A stretch of DNA of 64,000 bases from Longimicrobiales bacterium (GTDB lineage Bacteria; Gemmatimonadota; Gemmatimonadetes; Longimicrobiales; Gaopeijiaceae), in contig OZ220732.1 in assembly GCA_965116905.1 (NCBI GenBank), positions 1,728,001 through 1,792,000 of the forward strand. Reading direction: 5' to 3'. The position numbers and the translations under genes are program-made. Below are positions 48,695 through 58,622 of this stretch, piece after piece. The notes beneath the pieces are model-generated. The model made no database searches. It saw only the letters and a list, made by a program, of their open reading frames with translations, and had not been told where the DNA came from. Position 1 is the first letter of the stretch; every line of letters begins with the position of its first letter.

Positions 48695-49321
48695 TCAGTT
48701 TGCCGCGGCGTCCTCGTTCCGTGCGGCCCGTTCCGCCTTGCCGGCGCGCCGCCGCTCCCGGGCCGCGTCCCACGCCGCGTCCATGTCCTTCACCGCCTGG
48801 TCAAGGACCGATTTCATGTCGCTGAACAGCTGCTCGTCCTCGATCCAGCCGACCGCGCCCTGGAAGGTGGTCCGCGCGAGGCGCGAGAGCTTGCGCGTCA
48901 GCTGGCTCATGTCACGTCCGAAGAGGCGGTGGCTGAACTTGGAGACACGCTCGAAGATGTGCTCGACGTGGTCGCGGTTTTCCTCCAGGTAGGCGCGGCC
49001 CGCGTCGGTGATCGAGTAGATCTTGCGCCCGCCCTGATCTCGTGACGAGACGTGGCCCTGGTCCTCGAGCAGCTGAAGGGTGGGGTACACGGAACCGGGG
49101 CTCGCCTTGTAGCAGCCCGCCGACTCCTCCTCCAGGGCCTGCATGACCTCGTAGCCGTGCATCGACTTCTCCTCGATCAGCGCGAGGATCGCGAACTTGA
49201 GATCGCCTCGCTCGAACCACTTCCAGCGCACTCGCCGCTGCCGCTGCCGCTGCCCGCGCCGCTCGGCGGAACCGAAGGGCCAGGGCCAATTGTCGAAATC
49301 GAGATAATCGTCGAATCTCAT
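48695..49321 (-). CDS. PadR-family transcriptional regulator
   Basis: RGDLKFAILALI, HGYEVM, SPGSVYPTLQLLEDQG, RKIYSITDAGR; start chosen by GGGAG spacing (alternative 49330). Confidence 0.92.
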   Translation of the reverse strand: MRFDDYLDFDNWPWPFGSAERRGQRQRQRRVRWKWFERGDLKFAILALIEEKSMHGYEVMQALEEESAGCYKASPGSVYPTLQLLEDQGHVSSRDQGGRKIYSITDAGRAYLEENRDHVEHIFERVSKFSHRLFGRDMSQLTRKLSRLARTTFQGAVGWIEDEQLFSDMKSVLDQAVKDMDAAWDAARERRRAGKAERAARNEDAAAN

Positions 49322-49334
49322 TTGCTTCATCTCC

Positions 49335-49421
49335 CGTGGTTTGATTTGATGGTTTGACCAGATGGTTTGACCAGATGGTTTAATGTGTCGCGATATATCT
49401 ACATAGACATTACGACATATC
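49335..49421. promoter_or_regulatory. 13-bp tandem repeats (GATGGTTTGACCA) and PadR-type operator-like boxes
   Basis: Two exact and two degenerate 13-mers at 49335-49384; CGATATATCT and CGACATATCG further upstream of padR. Confidence 0.6.
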
Positions 49422-49507
49422 GGGACGAAAAGTGTCATATCGGCCGGCCGGTCCCCATATTGCGGGCAGGTTTCCTACCCGGCGCTCTTTCAGGAGGTCC
49501 TTCGGTC

Positions 49508-51550
49508 ATGCAGTCCCGTCACCGCCGCCCGCCCCTTGTCCAGGCCGCCCTGGCCGCGCTTGTCCTCCTTCCGCCCCTCCTTCTTCCGGGGCAGCCACTC
49601 CTTGCCCAGACCACGTGGCGGATCGAGGCCGACCCGTCCAGCCTGGTGATCGCGCGCGGAGAGAGCGCCGCCCTGGCCGTCCGGGTAGTGGACGGGGACG
49701 GACGGGTGTTGGACGAGGCCGTGCGGATGGTCGGCTCGCGGCGGGCCCTGTCCATGGGCGACGGGGTCGTGATGGGGCTGGAAGTCGGCGAGTGGGAGGT
49801 CATCGTGACGACGGCGCGGCCCGGTCCGGACGGCCGCCCCGCGCAGCTTGCCGTGCCCGTGGTGGTGGAGTGGCCGCCGGTCGTTCGGGTCGAAGTGACG
49901 GGCCCGCCCACGCTGTACGAGGGCACGACCGTGACCCATCGAGCCATTGCGCTGCACGGCGACGGCACGAACCGTCCCGGCGCCGATTTCGAGTGGCGGA
50001 CCAGCGATCCCGACCGCGCCGATGTGGACGCCTTCGGGCATGTGCGGGCCCTCGCCCCGGGCCCCGTGCGGATCGAGGCCGCGTTCGAGGGGGTGGCGGG
50101 CGCGGTGGAGCACACCGTGCGGGCATTCGCGGGGGCCTCGCTGGCGATCGTGGGTGGCGCGGACGGAGCCGTCCGCACGGGAGACGTGCAGACCTTCGCC
50201 GCGATCGTGCGTGACGCGGGCGGCGCGGTGATCGCGGATGCGCCCGTGGAGTGGAGCCACTCGTACGTGCCGGCGGTGGGGATCGTGGCACCGTCCGCGC
50301 CGGGCCAGATGGAGGACGGGCGCATCGTGGCCGACGTCCCGGGCGAGTTCACCGTGGTGGCGCGGTCGGGGGGGCTGAGGGCGACCCGCACCTTCGAGGC
50401 CGTGCAGCGGAAGGTCGTGCGCGCGATCGAGGTGGTGGGGCGGGGGCGCCAGGAGAGGGTGTACAGCACCGACTTCTGGGTGTTCGAGGGCGTGGACGGG
50501 CGCGACTACGCGCTGGTGGGCTCGAAGCAGTCCGACGGCCACGGGTTCGCGTTCGACATCACCGATCCCGAGAACGTCGTCAAGACCGACTCGGTCCAGG
50601 TGGATGCCCGTTCCGTCAACGACATCAAGGTCTCGCCGGACGGGCGCTACGCCTCGCTGACCCGCGAAGGCGCCTCGGACCGCCGCAACGGCGTGGTGAT
50701 CCTGGACCTGGCCGACCCGGCGCACCCGGTGATCGCCGCCGAATACACGGAGGGGCTGACCGGAGGCGTGCACAACGCCTTCCCCACCAACGACTACCTC
50801 TTCGCCCTGTCCAACGGGGACAAGTACGTGATTCTGGATGTCCGCGACATCTACAACCCGAAGTACGTCTCCGAGTACGATCACCCGAACAGCCGTGTCC
50901 ACGACGTGTGGGTCCATGACGGCATCGCGTATTCGGCGGAGTGGGGGACCGGGCTGGTCGTGGTCGATGTCGGCAACGGGCGCTGGGGCGGGACGATCGA
51001 ATCGCCCGTGTTCGTCACCAGCTACCCGGTACCGACCGGCGCCACGCACGCGGTGTTCCCCTACTGGTCCGAGTCGGCGGGCAAGTTCTACGTCTTCATC
51101 GGCGACGAGATCCTGACGCGCGAAGGGATGGCCTGGGAGGGAGCGGGTCCCGACTACCGCCAGAAGTACGACCCCGAAACCGGCCGCGGCGGCTACCCGC
51201 GCGCGAGCTGGGGCTATATCCAGGTCATTGATTTCGACGATCCCGAGAACCCCCGCATGGTGGCCCGCTACGAGGTCTCGGAGTTCGGCACGCACAACAT
51301 CTGGGTCGAGGACGACATCCTCTACCAGGCCTACTACGAGGGCGGCATGCGCCTTGTCGACGTCTCCGGAGAACTCATGGGGAACCTGTACACGCAGGGG
51401 CGCGAGGTTTCCGTCTACAAGGCGTTCGACCCGGTGGGGTTCATTCCCAACTCGCCCGGAGCGTGGAGCGTGATGCCCCACCGCGACCTGGTCTGGTTCG
51501 CGGACATCAACTCCGGGCTGTGGGCGCTGAGACTGTCGGAGTCGCCGTAG
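49508..51550 (+). CDS. Exported Ig-like plus LVIVD-repeat beta-propeller protein
   Basis: Signal peptide; WRTSDPDRADVD Ig motif; GVVILDLADPAHP, GLVVVDV, GMRLVDVS repeats. Confidence 0.8.
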   Translation: MQSRHRRPPLVQAALAALVLLPPLLLPGQPLLAQTTWRIEADPSSLVIARGESAALAVRVVDGDGRVLDEAVRMVGSRRALSMGDGVVMGLEVGEWEVIVTTARPGPDGRPAQLAVPVVVEWPPVVRVEVTGPPTLYEGTTVTHRAIALHGDGTNRPGADFEWRTSDPDRADVDAFGHVRALAPGPVRIEAAFEGVAGAVEHTVRAFAGASLAIVGGADGAVRTGDVQTFAAIVRDAGGAVIADAPVEWSHSYVPAVGIVAPSAPGQMEDGRIVADVPGEFTVVARSGGLRATRTFEAVQRKVVRAIEVVGRGRQERVYSTDFWVFEGVDGRDYALVGSKQSDGHGFAFDITDPENVVKTDSVQVDARSVNDIKVSPDGRYASLTREGASDRRNGVVILDLADPAHPVIAAEYTEGLTGGVHNAFPTNDYLFALSNGDKYVILDVRDIYNPKYVSEYDHPNSRVHDVWVHDGIAYSAEWGTGLVVVDVGNGRWGGTIESPVFVTSYPVPTGATHAVFPYWSESAGKFYVFIGDEILTREGMAWEGAGPDYRQKYDPETGRGGYPRASWGYIQVIDFDDPENPRMVARYEVSEFGTHNIWVEDDILYQAYYEGGMRLVDVSGELMGNLYTQGREVSVYKAFDPVGFIPNSPGAWSVMPHRDLVWFADINSGLWALRLSESP

Positions 51551-51558
51551 CGGTCCCG

Positions 51559-52830
51559 GTGATCGACGAAGCCTGGCTGCTCGAGACGCTGGCCGGGCTG
51601 GTGGCGATCCCCTCGTGGAAGGGCGACGAAGCCCGGGCTCAGGAGTACGTGGCCGAGGTGATGGACGGGCTGGGTCTGGACGTCGATGTCTGGGAGATCG
51701 ACGAGGCCGAGGTCGGCCGTCATCCGGACTACACCACCGAACTCGAACGGGAACACCCGCTGGGAGTGGTCGGGCGCTGCCGCTTCGCGGAAGGGTCCCC
51801 GGTGGAGGGAGCCCGCGCCGACGAGGGCCCCAGGCTGGTGCTCAACGGCCACGTCGATGTCGTGCCGCCGGGCGACCTCTCGCGCTGGACCACGCCGCCG
51901 TTTCGCATGGACGTTCGCGGCGGTCGTGCGTACGGACGAGGCGTGCTGGACATGAAGGGACCGCTGGTCGCCGGACTCGCAGGGGTCAAGGCGGTGCTCG
52001 ACTCCGGCGTCGGCCTGCGGGGATCGGTTCTGGTCCAGAGCGTCATCGGAGAGGAGGACGGGGGACTGGGGACGCTGGCGTCGGTGCTGCGCGGCCACAC
52101 GGGCGACGGCGCCATCGTGATGGAGCCGACCGGTCTGCGAGTGGCCAACGCCCAGGCGGGGGCGCTCAACTTCCGGCTCACGGTCCCGGGGAAGGCCGCT
52201 CACGGGGCGCTCCGCCACGAGGGAGTGAGCGCGCTGGAGAAGTTCATGCTCGTCTACGGGCACCTGATGGACTTGGAGCGGCTGCGCAATGCCTCTGTGG
52301 GCGACTCCCGCTTCGAATCCAATCCGGTGCCCTACCCCATCTGCATCGGGACCGTGAGAGGGGGGGAGTGGGCGTCGTCGGTGCCGGAAGTGGTCAGGGC
52401 CGAGGGGCGCTTCGGCGTCGGCATACGGGAAGACGTTTACGCAGCCCGCCGGCAGTTCGAAGCCCGGGTGGCGGAGTGCTGCGCGGGGGACGACTTCCTG
52501 CGCGACAACCCGGTCCGCGTCGAGTGGTGGGGTGGCCAGTTCGCTCCCTGCGAGACGCCGGACGATGCGCGGATCGTTGCGGTGGCCCGGTCGGTGGCGC
52601 GCGACCTCGGCGTGGGCGGCGACGGGCTCGCGGCGGTTCCATACGGCTCCGACCTGCGCCACCTCGTCAATGCGGGAGGCACCCCCGGCGTTCTCTTCGG
52701 TCCCGGCGACGTCGCGAACGCGCACCGCGAGGACGAGTCCATCGGGGTGGCCGAACTGGTGGCCGGGGCGCGCGCGGTGGCGCTGGCCGTGGTGCGGTTC
52801 CTTGGGCCTGTAGCCCCGCGGGCGGCCTAG
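51559..52830 (+). CDS. ArgE/DapE-family (M20) deacylase
   Basis: LNGHVDVVP, GRGVLDMKG, GEEDGGLG, MEPT, GKAAHG, YGSD, FGPGD...AHREDE; start approximate. Confidence 0.9.
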   Translation: MIDEAWLLETLAGLVAIPSWKGDEARAQEYVAEVMDGLGLDVDVWEIDEAEVGRHPDYTTELEREHPLGVVGRCRFAEGSPVEGARADEGPRLVLNGHVDVVPPGDLSRWTTPPFRMDVRGGRAYGRGVLDMKGPLVAGLAGVKAVLDSGVGLRGSVLVQSVIGEEDGGLGTLASVLRGHTGDGAIVMEPTGLRVANAQAGALNFRLTVPGKAAHGALRHEGVSALEKFMLVYGHLMDLERLRNASVGDSRFESNPVPYPICIGTVRGGEWASSVPEVVRAEGRFGVGIREDVYAARRQFEARVAECCAGDDFLRDNPVRVEWWGGQFAPCETPDDARIVAVARSVARDLGVGGDGLAAVPYGSDLRHLVNAGGTPGVLFGPGDVANAHREDESIGVAELVAGARAVALAVVRFLGPVAPRAA

Positions 52831-53216
52831 TTCGACTTCGTCGCGGAGAAGTTGCCGCCCTGATCGCCCATCGCCCAGGTCCCGTCCAGGGTGCCCTCTA
52901 CGGCCACGAAATCGATCAGGAGTGGGCCATCCGGTCCCGAGGCCTCGATGGTCACGGCCTGGTCCACCACGGTGACCGCGTTGATCGGAATGGCCGGGAA
53001 GAAGTCGCTCATGATCTGCCCCGTGTATCCGTCCTCGGCCGCTTCGATGGTCATCGAGCCCGGGATGATCTGTCCGTCCACCTCGGCGCTGTAGGCGTAG
53101 GTGCCGACCGGGTCGAAGGGTGGCGGGCCGGAGGGGCCGGTGGCGCAGGAGGCGGCCAGCGTGGCGGCAATCAGGGCAAGGGGGACAGCGAGGGAAAGGG
53201 GGGCGCGTCGGTTCAT
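52827..53216 (-). CDS. Small lipoprotein of unknown function
   Basis: MNRR + hydrophobic + LAASC lipobox; DPVGTY...LDGTW...FSATK beta-rich domain. Confidence 0.7.
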   Translation of the reverse strand: MNRRAPLSLAVPLALIAATLAASCATGPSGPPPFDPVGTYAYSAEVDGQIIPGSMTIEAAEDGYTGQIMSDFFPAIPINAVTVVDQAVTIEASGPDGPLLIDFVAVEGTLDGTWAMGDQGGNFSATKSN

Positions 53217-53251
53217 GCGGGGACTCGCTTGCGTGTGGGAATGGTCTGGGT

Positions 53252-54052
53252 TCATCGGCGTCTCCAGGTCGGCACATCCGCCGGATCCACGCCGCTGCGC
53301 CGGGCGAAATCGTCGATCAGCGCCCGGGCTATGCTGTATCCGGGCGGCACCGGGGGCAAGGCGTCGGCGGTGAACCAGCCCACGTCCTCCAGCTCGCCGT
53401 CCAGGTTTTGCAGCGTGCCGTTCTCGTACGCCGCGGTAAAGCCCACCATCAGGGAGTCGGGGAAGGGCCAGGGCTGACTGCCGAAGTACCGGACATCGGT
53501 GACGCGAATCCCCGACTCCTCCTCGATTTCGCGGCGAACCGCGTCCTCCAGACTCTCGCCCGGGTCGACGAAGCCCGCGAGCACCGAGTACGAGCCGCTC
53601 GGATGGCGGCGCGAGCGTCCGAGCAGGATCTCCGTGCCACGGGTCACCTGCACGATCACGGCGGGCGACACCTTCGGGAAGATGAGATGGCGGCAGGCGG
53701 GACACCGCATCGCCTTGTGATGCTCCGCGCCGCTGGTGGCGGTTCCGCACACCCCGCAGAAGCGCGACGTCCGTCTCCACCTGGCAAGGTGAGCCGCGGT
53801 GAGCGCCAGCCACAGCTCGGGCTCGGAGAGTATCCCGAGCACCGCTCGCAACCCGACGGGGGCGACACCCGGCGGTGGTTGCCAGTCCGGCTCGGCCAGG
53901 GCGGCGGTGGCGTGCGCACCCGAGTTCGGGGCGTGCACCGGAAACCAGTCGAGGTCCCCCACCCCCCAGTCGTTCACGTCACCCACGGACGGCAGTTCGG
54001 CGGCGTCTCCGGCAAGGACGAGTCGGTCGCGGACGAACAGGCAGGCTCTCAT
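53252..54052 (-). CDS. nudC: NAD(+) diphosphatase
   Basis: FCGVCG...CPAC zinc site, Nudix box GFVDPGESLEDAVRREIEEESG, SQPWPFP. Confidence 0.93.
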   Translation of the reverse strand: MRACLFVRDRLVLAGDAAELPSVGDVNDWGVGDLDWFPVHAPNSGAHATAALAEPDWQPPPGVAPVGLRAVLGILSEPELWLALTAAHLARWRRTSRFCGVCGTATSGAEHHKAMRCPACRHLIFPKVSPAVIVQVTRGTEILLGRSRRHPSGSYSVLAGFVDPGESLEDAVRREIEEESGIRVTDVRYFGSQPWPFPDSLMVGFTAAYENGTLQNLDGELEDVGWFTADALPPVPPGYSIARALIDDFARRSGVDPADVPTWRRR

Positions 54053-54128
54053 GATCCACCAAACGTACGCAATCGGGGGCCGGGCGGTGTGCCTGTTCGC
54101 CGACGGGCGGCGTGTCTATTGTCAACAC

Positions 54129-55670
54129 ATGGAAACTGTTCACCTCAACTCACGTCCCGCGTGGGCCAAGGTGGTCGACCAGACCCGGTGCATCGGCTGC
54201 CACGCCTGCACCACGGCCTGCAAGTCCGAGAATGAAGTCCCCCTCTCGGTCACGCGAACGTACGTCAAATACGTCGACACCGGCCTCTTCCCCGAGGCCC
54301 GGCGGTCCTTCCAGGTCACGCGCTGCAACCAGTGCGAGGCGCCCCCGTGCGTGGACGCGTGCCCCACGGCGGCGATGTTCAAGCGGTCCGACGGGATCGT
54401 CGACTTCGACAAGAGCGCGTGCATCGGATGCAAGGCCTGCATCGCGGCCTGCCCGTACGACGCGATCTTCATCAACCCGTCCGACGGCGCGGCCGAGAAG
54501 TGCAACTTCTGCGCGCACCGGATCGACGTGGGTCTGGAGCCCGCGTGCGTGGTGGTCTGCCCGACGGAGGCCCTGCTGGTGGGCGACATGAACGACCCGT
54601 CGTCGAAGGTGGCGGCGATCATCAACCGCGATCCGGTGGCGGTGCGGCGGCCCGAGAAGGAGACGAAGCCGAAGCTGTACTACAAGGGCGGCGACCAGGT
54701 GACCCTCGACCCGCTCGCGGCACGGCGTCCGGATGGCGGCCTCTTCATGTGGAGCGAGCAGGGCGAGGTGGAGCACGGTGTGCCGTCAGGACATCCGGGG
54801 CCCTGGAACTCGTCGGCGGCCGCAGTGCTCAGCTACGACATTCCCCACCGCGCCCCCTGGGATTTCCGCGTCTCGCTGTATACCTGGACCAAGTCCATCG
54901 CGGCGGGTGCGTACCTGGTGCCGCTCCTCCTGCTCCTCACCGGTGCGCTGACGCCCGGCCATCCGCTGTGGACATTCGCGGCGCCGATCCTGGCCGGTGT
55001 CTTTCTCGCGCTCACGGGCGCCATTCTGATCTGGGATCTGGATCACCCCGAGCGCTTCCACCTCATCTTCCGCCGCCCCCAGTGGCGAAGCTGGCTGGTG
55101 CGGGGCGGTTTCATCATCGGCGGCTACGGGGCCGCGCTCGCGGGCCACTTCGCGGCGGCGCTGACCGGCGTGTCCCCGCCTTCCTGGCTCGGCTGGGTCG
55201 GGGGCGGTCTCGCGGTCCTCACAGCGGTGTACACGGCCTTCCTCTTCGGCCAGGCCAAGGCGCGCGACATGTGGCAGAACCCGCTGCTGCCGGCACACTT
55301 CCTCGTGCAGGCGGGGGTCGCCGGCGGGGCCGTGACCGCGCTTGCCGCGCTCGTGTTCGAGGGCTCGGGAGCCGTCACGGGGGCCGTCACGGAGGCCGCG
55401 CTGTCGGTCTTCGCCGTGGCCAGCGCGGCGCACGCCCTCATGATCGCCGGCGAGGTTCTCATGCCGCCGCCCACCGCGCACGCACGCCTCGCCGAACGCG
55501 AGATGACGCACGGCCGCTTCTGCGGCTGGTTCCGGGTGGGCCTCGTCGGCGCGCTGGTCGGGGCCGCGGCTCCCTGGCTCGGCTGGGTGGCGGTGCCGGT
55601 CGGGCTCGCCGCGCTGCTCGCCTATGAGCACGCCTACGTCCAGGCCGGACAGTCGGTGCCGCTGGCATGA
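54129..55670 (+). CDS. Fused 4Fe-4S (NrfC/DmsB-like) plus NrfD-type membrane anchor
   Basis: CIGCHACTTAC, CNQCEAPPCVDACP, CIGCKACIAACPY, KCNFC...PACVVVCP; then DLDHPERF, SWLVRG, YTAFLF and several TM helices. Confidence 0.9.
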   Translation: METVHLNSRPAWAKVVDQTRCIGCHACTTACKSENEVPLSVTRTYVKYVDTGLFPEARRSFQVTRCNQCEAPPCVDACPTAAMFKRSDGIVDFDKSACIGCKACIAACPYDAIFINPSDGAAEKCNFCAHRIDVGLEPACVVVCPTEALLVGDMNDPSSKVAAIINRDPVAVRRPEKETKPKLYYKGGDQVTLDPLAARRPDGGLFMWSEQGEVEHGVPSGHPGPWNSSAAAVLSYDIPHRAPWDFRVSLYTWTKSIAAGAYLVPLLLLLTGALTPGHPLWTFAAPILAGVFLALTGAILIWDLDHPERFHLIFRRPQWRSWLVRGGFIIGGYGAALAGHFAAALTGVSPPSWLGWVGGGLAVLTAVYTAFLFGQAKARDMWQNPLLPAHFLVQAGVAGGAVTALAALVFEGSGAVTGAVTEAALSVFAVASAAHALMIAGEVLMPPPTAHARLAEREMTHGRFCGWFRVGLVGALVGAAAPWLGWVAVPVGLAALLAYEHAYVQAGQSVPLA

Positions 55671-58615
55671 GCGGTGACGGTGGGGCGCGGCGCCGCACGG
55701 TCGACGACCTGAACCGCCGGGTGTCCGCCTCCCGGGCCGACGTTGAAGCCCGCGGCGAGACCTTCTACCCCGGCGCGAGCCGCGTTCACCTCGCCGCCTT
55801 TCCGCCGAAGGAGCGCTGGAGCGACTGGGTCGAACTGGATTCGAAGGCGTGGCCGGAGCGCGTGGAGCGCCGCTACATGCTCGTTCCGACGACCTGCTTC
55901 AACTGCGAGTCCGCGTGCGGTCTTCTCGCGTACGTCGACCGCGACACCCTCGAGGTGCGCAAGTTCGAGGGCAATCCGGAGCATCCGGGGTCGCGGGGGC
56001 GGAACTGCGCCAAGGGGCCCGCCACCGTAACGCAGCTCACCGATCCCGACCGGATCCTCACCCCGCTCAAGCGCGCCGGAGGCAGGGGCGAGGGGAAGTG
56101 GGAGCGGGTGGGCTGGGACGAGGCGCTGGACGACATCGCCGGACGGATCCGGGCCGCCATGGACGAGGACCGGCACCGCGAGGTGATGTACCACGTCGGA
56201 CGTCCCGGCGAAGACGGCTTCACGGAGAGGACGCTGGCGGCGTGGGGCGTGGATGGTCACAACTCTCATACAAACATCTGTTCTTCGGGCGCCCGCATGG
56301 GTTACCACCTGTGGATGGGGATGGACAGGCCCAGCCCCGACCACGAGAACGCCGACGTCATTCTGCTGGTCAGCAGTCACCTGGAGGCCGGCCACTACTT
56401 CAACCCGCACGCCCAGCGCGTGATGGAGGGCAAGAAGCGCGGGGCGAGGCTGATCGTCTTCGACACGCGGCTTTCCAACACCGCGACGCACGCGGATCAC
56501 TGGCTGTCGACCTACCCCGGTTCCGAGGCCGCGGTGCTGCTCGCGGTCGCGAACCACCTGATCCGCACCGGCCGCTACAACGAGGGCTTCGTCGAGCGCT
56601 GGTGGAACTGGCGCGAGTACCTGGAGGAGAACCATTCCGGCGAGCCGGCCACCTTCGAGGCCTTCAAGTCGGTGCTCGGCGGGCTCTACGCCGACTTCAC
56701 GTTCGAGTTCGCGGCCGCGGAGAGCGGCGTTTCAGCTGAAACGATCGAGGCGGTGGCGGAGACCGTCGCGGGCGCGGGCACCCGGCTGTCGACGCACAAC
56801 TGGCGCAGCGCCGCGGCCGGCAACCTGGGCGGCTGGCAGGTGGCGCGCGCGCTGTTCCTGCTGAACGCGCTGATGGGCGCGATCGCGGTGCCCGGCGGGA
56901 CCTATCCCAATTCGTGGAACAAGTTCGTGCCGCGGCCGATCCGCATGCCCGCGCAGCACCCGAAGCGCTGGAACGACCTGACGTGGCCGTCCGACTATCC
57001 GCTGAGCCTCATGGAGATGTCGTTCCTTCTGCCGCACCTCACGGCCGAGCGGGACGGGCGTCTCGACGTCTATTTCACCCGCGTGTACAACCCGGTGTGG
57101 ACCAATCCCGACGGCTTTTCGTGGATCGAGATGCTGACCGACCCGGAGCGGATCGGGCTGCATGTCGCGCTCACCCCGACCTGGAACGAGACCGCGTTCT
57201 TCGCCGACTACGTGCTCCCCATGGGCCACTCTTCGGAGCGCCACGACCTGACTTCGTACGAGCAGTACGACGGCTATTGGCTCGGCTTCCGGCAGCCGGT
57301 GCTGCGCGCCGCGCGCGAGCGGCTGGGCGAGGATGTGGCGTCCACGCGGGACGTGACGCCGGGGGAAGTGTGGGAGGAGAACGAGTTCTGGATCGAGCTG
57401 ACGTGGCGGATCGATCCGGACGGCTCGCGGGGGATCCGCAAGTTCTTCGAGTCGCGCAAGCGCCCGGGCGAGAAGATGACCGTGGACGAGTACTACGGCT
57501 GGATCTTCGAAAACTCGGTCCCGGGGCTGCCGGAGAAGGCCGCGCGCGAGGGCCTGACGCCGCTGGCGTACATGCGCCGGTACGGGGCGTTCGAGATCAG
57601 CCGCGGAGTGGGCGCGGTCTACGAGGGGCGGGTTCCGGAGGCGGAGCTCGAGGACGTGCATGTCGACGCGGGCGGGCGGGCGTACACGCGGGCCGCCGCG
57701 CCTCCGTCGCCGAACGTGGTGCCGCTGCCGCCGCTCGACGGCGATGCGGAAGGGCGCCGGCGAGTGGGCGTGGAAGTCGAAGGCGTGGTCCGTCGCGGGT
57801 TCCCGACGCCCACCGGCCGGCTCGAGTTCTGGTCGCGCACGCTGTCCGAGTGGGGCTGGCCGGAGATGGCCGTGCCGGGTTACGTGCGCAGCCATGTGCA
57901 CAGGGCGAACCTGGAACGGGATCAGATGTGCCTGATTTCCACGTTCCGCCTGCCGGTGCAGATTCACACGCGCAGCGCCAACGCCAAGTGGCTGAACGAA
58001 ATCGCTCACACCAACCCGTTGTGGCTGCATCCCCGCGATGCCGATCGTCTCGGGGTGGGAACGGGGGATCTGGTCCGCGTGGAGACCGGGATCGGTCACT
58101 TCGTGGTGAAGGCCTGGGTGACCGAGGGGATCCACCCCGGCGTCGTGGCGTGCTCGCACCACATGGGTCGGTGGAAGACGGGCGAAGGACCGCGCCAGAC
58201 GATGGCGACCGTCGCGCTCAGCCGTGAGGGAAGCGGATGGGGGATGAAGAGAAAGAACGGCACCGGACCCTTCCGCTCCGACGACCCCGACACATCGCGA
58301 ATCTGGTGGGCGGACGTCGGCGTGCACCAGAACATGACGTTCCCCGTGCAGCCCGATCCCATATCCGGGGCGCACTGCTGGCATCAGGCGGTCACGGTGA
58401 AGAGGGCGGAGCAGGGCGACCGCTACGGTGACATCGTGGTCGACACGGAGCGGTCGCGCCGCGCCTTCCGCCGCTGGCTGAAGCTGGCTCGCCCGGCCGG
58501 GCTCCACTCGCCGGACGGAACCCGCCGTCCCTACTGGCTGCTGCGGCCGGTGCGGCCTGAGCGGGAGGCGTTTCGGCTGCGCGGCGCGGACGAGGATCGA
58601 CAGCGCGGCGCCTGA
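55667..58615 (+). CDS. Mo/W-bis-MGD oxidoreductase catalytic subunit, substrate unknown
   Basis: TTCFNCESACG...NCAKG Fe-S site, DPDRILTPLKR, GEGKWERVGWDEALD, HTNICS, FADYVLP, LWLHPRDA. Confidence 0.92.
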   Translation: MSGDGGARRRTVDDLNRRVSASRADVEARGETFYPGASRVHLAAFPPKERWSDWVELDSKAWPERVERRYMLVPTTCFNCESACGLLAYVDRDTLEVRKFEGNPEHPGSRGRNCAKGPATVTQLTDPDRILTPLKRAGGRGEGKWERVGWDEALDDIAGRIRAAMDEDRHREVMYHVGRPGEDGFTERTLAAWGVDGHNSHTNICSSGARMGYHLWMGMDRPSPDHENADVILLVSSHLEAGHYFNPHAQRVMEGKKRGARLIVFDTRLSNTATHADHWLSTYPGSEAAVLLAVANHLIRTGRYNEGFVERWWNWREYLEENHSGEPATFEAFKSVLGGLYADFTFEFAAAESGVSAETIEAVAETVAGAGTRLSTHNWRSAAAGNLGGWQVARALFLLNALMGAIAVPGGTYPNSWNKFVPRPIRMPAQHPKRWNDLTWPSDYPLSLMEMSFLLPHLTAERDGRLDVYFTRVYNPVWTNPDGFSWIEMLTDPERIGLHVALTPTWNETAFFADYVLPMGHSSERHDLTSYEQYDGYWLGFRQPVLRAARERLGEDVASTRDVTPGEVWEENEFWIELTWRIDPDGSRGIRKFFESRKRPGEKMTVDEYYGWIFENSVPGLPEKAAREGLTPLAYMRRYGAFEISRGVGAVYEGRVPEAELEDVHVDAGGRAYTRAAAPPSPNVVPLPPLDGDAEGRRRVGVEVEGVVRRGFPTPTGRLEFWSRTLSEWGWPEMAVPGYVRSHVHRANLERDQMCLISTFRLPVQIHTRSANAKWLNEIAHTNPLWLHPRDADRLGVGTGDLVRVETGIGHFVVKAWVTEGIHPGVVACSHHMGRWKTGEGPRQTMATVALSREGSGWGMKRKNGTGPFRSDDPDTSRIWWADVGVHQNMTFPVQPDPISGAHCWHQAVTVKRAEQGDRYGDIVVDTERSRRAFRRWLKLARPAGLHSPDGTRRPYWLLRPVRPEREAFRLRGADEDRQRGA

Positions 58616-58622
58616 TTCCGCC

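Noticed and set aside
55667..58615. Selenocysteine formate dehydrogenase
   Set aside because: No in-frame TGA, and the ligand context HTNICS lacks the Fdh (C/U)H motif.
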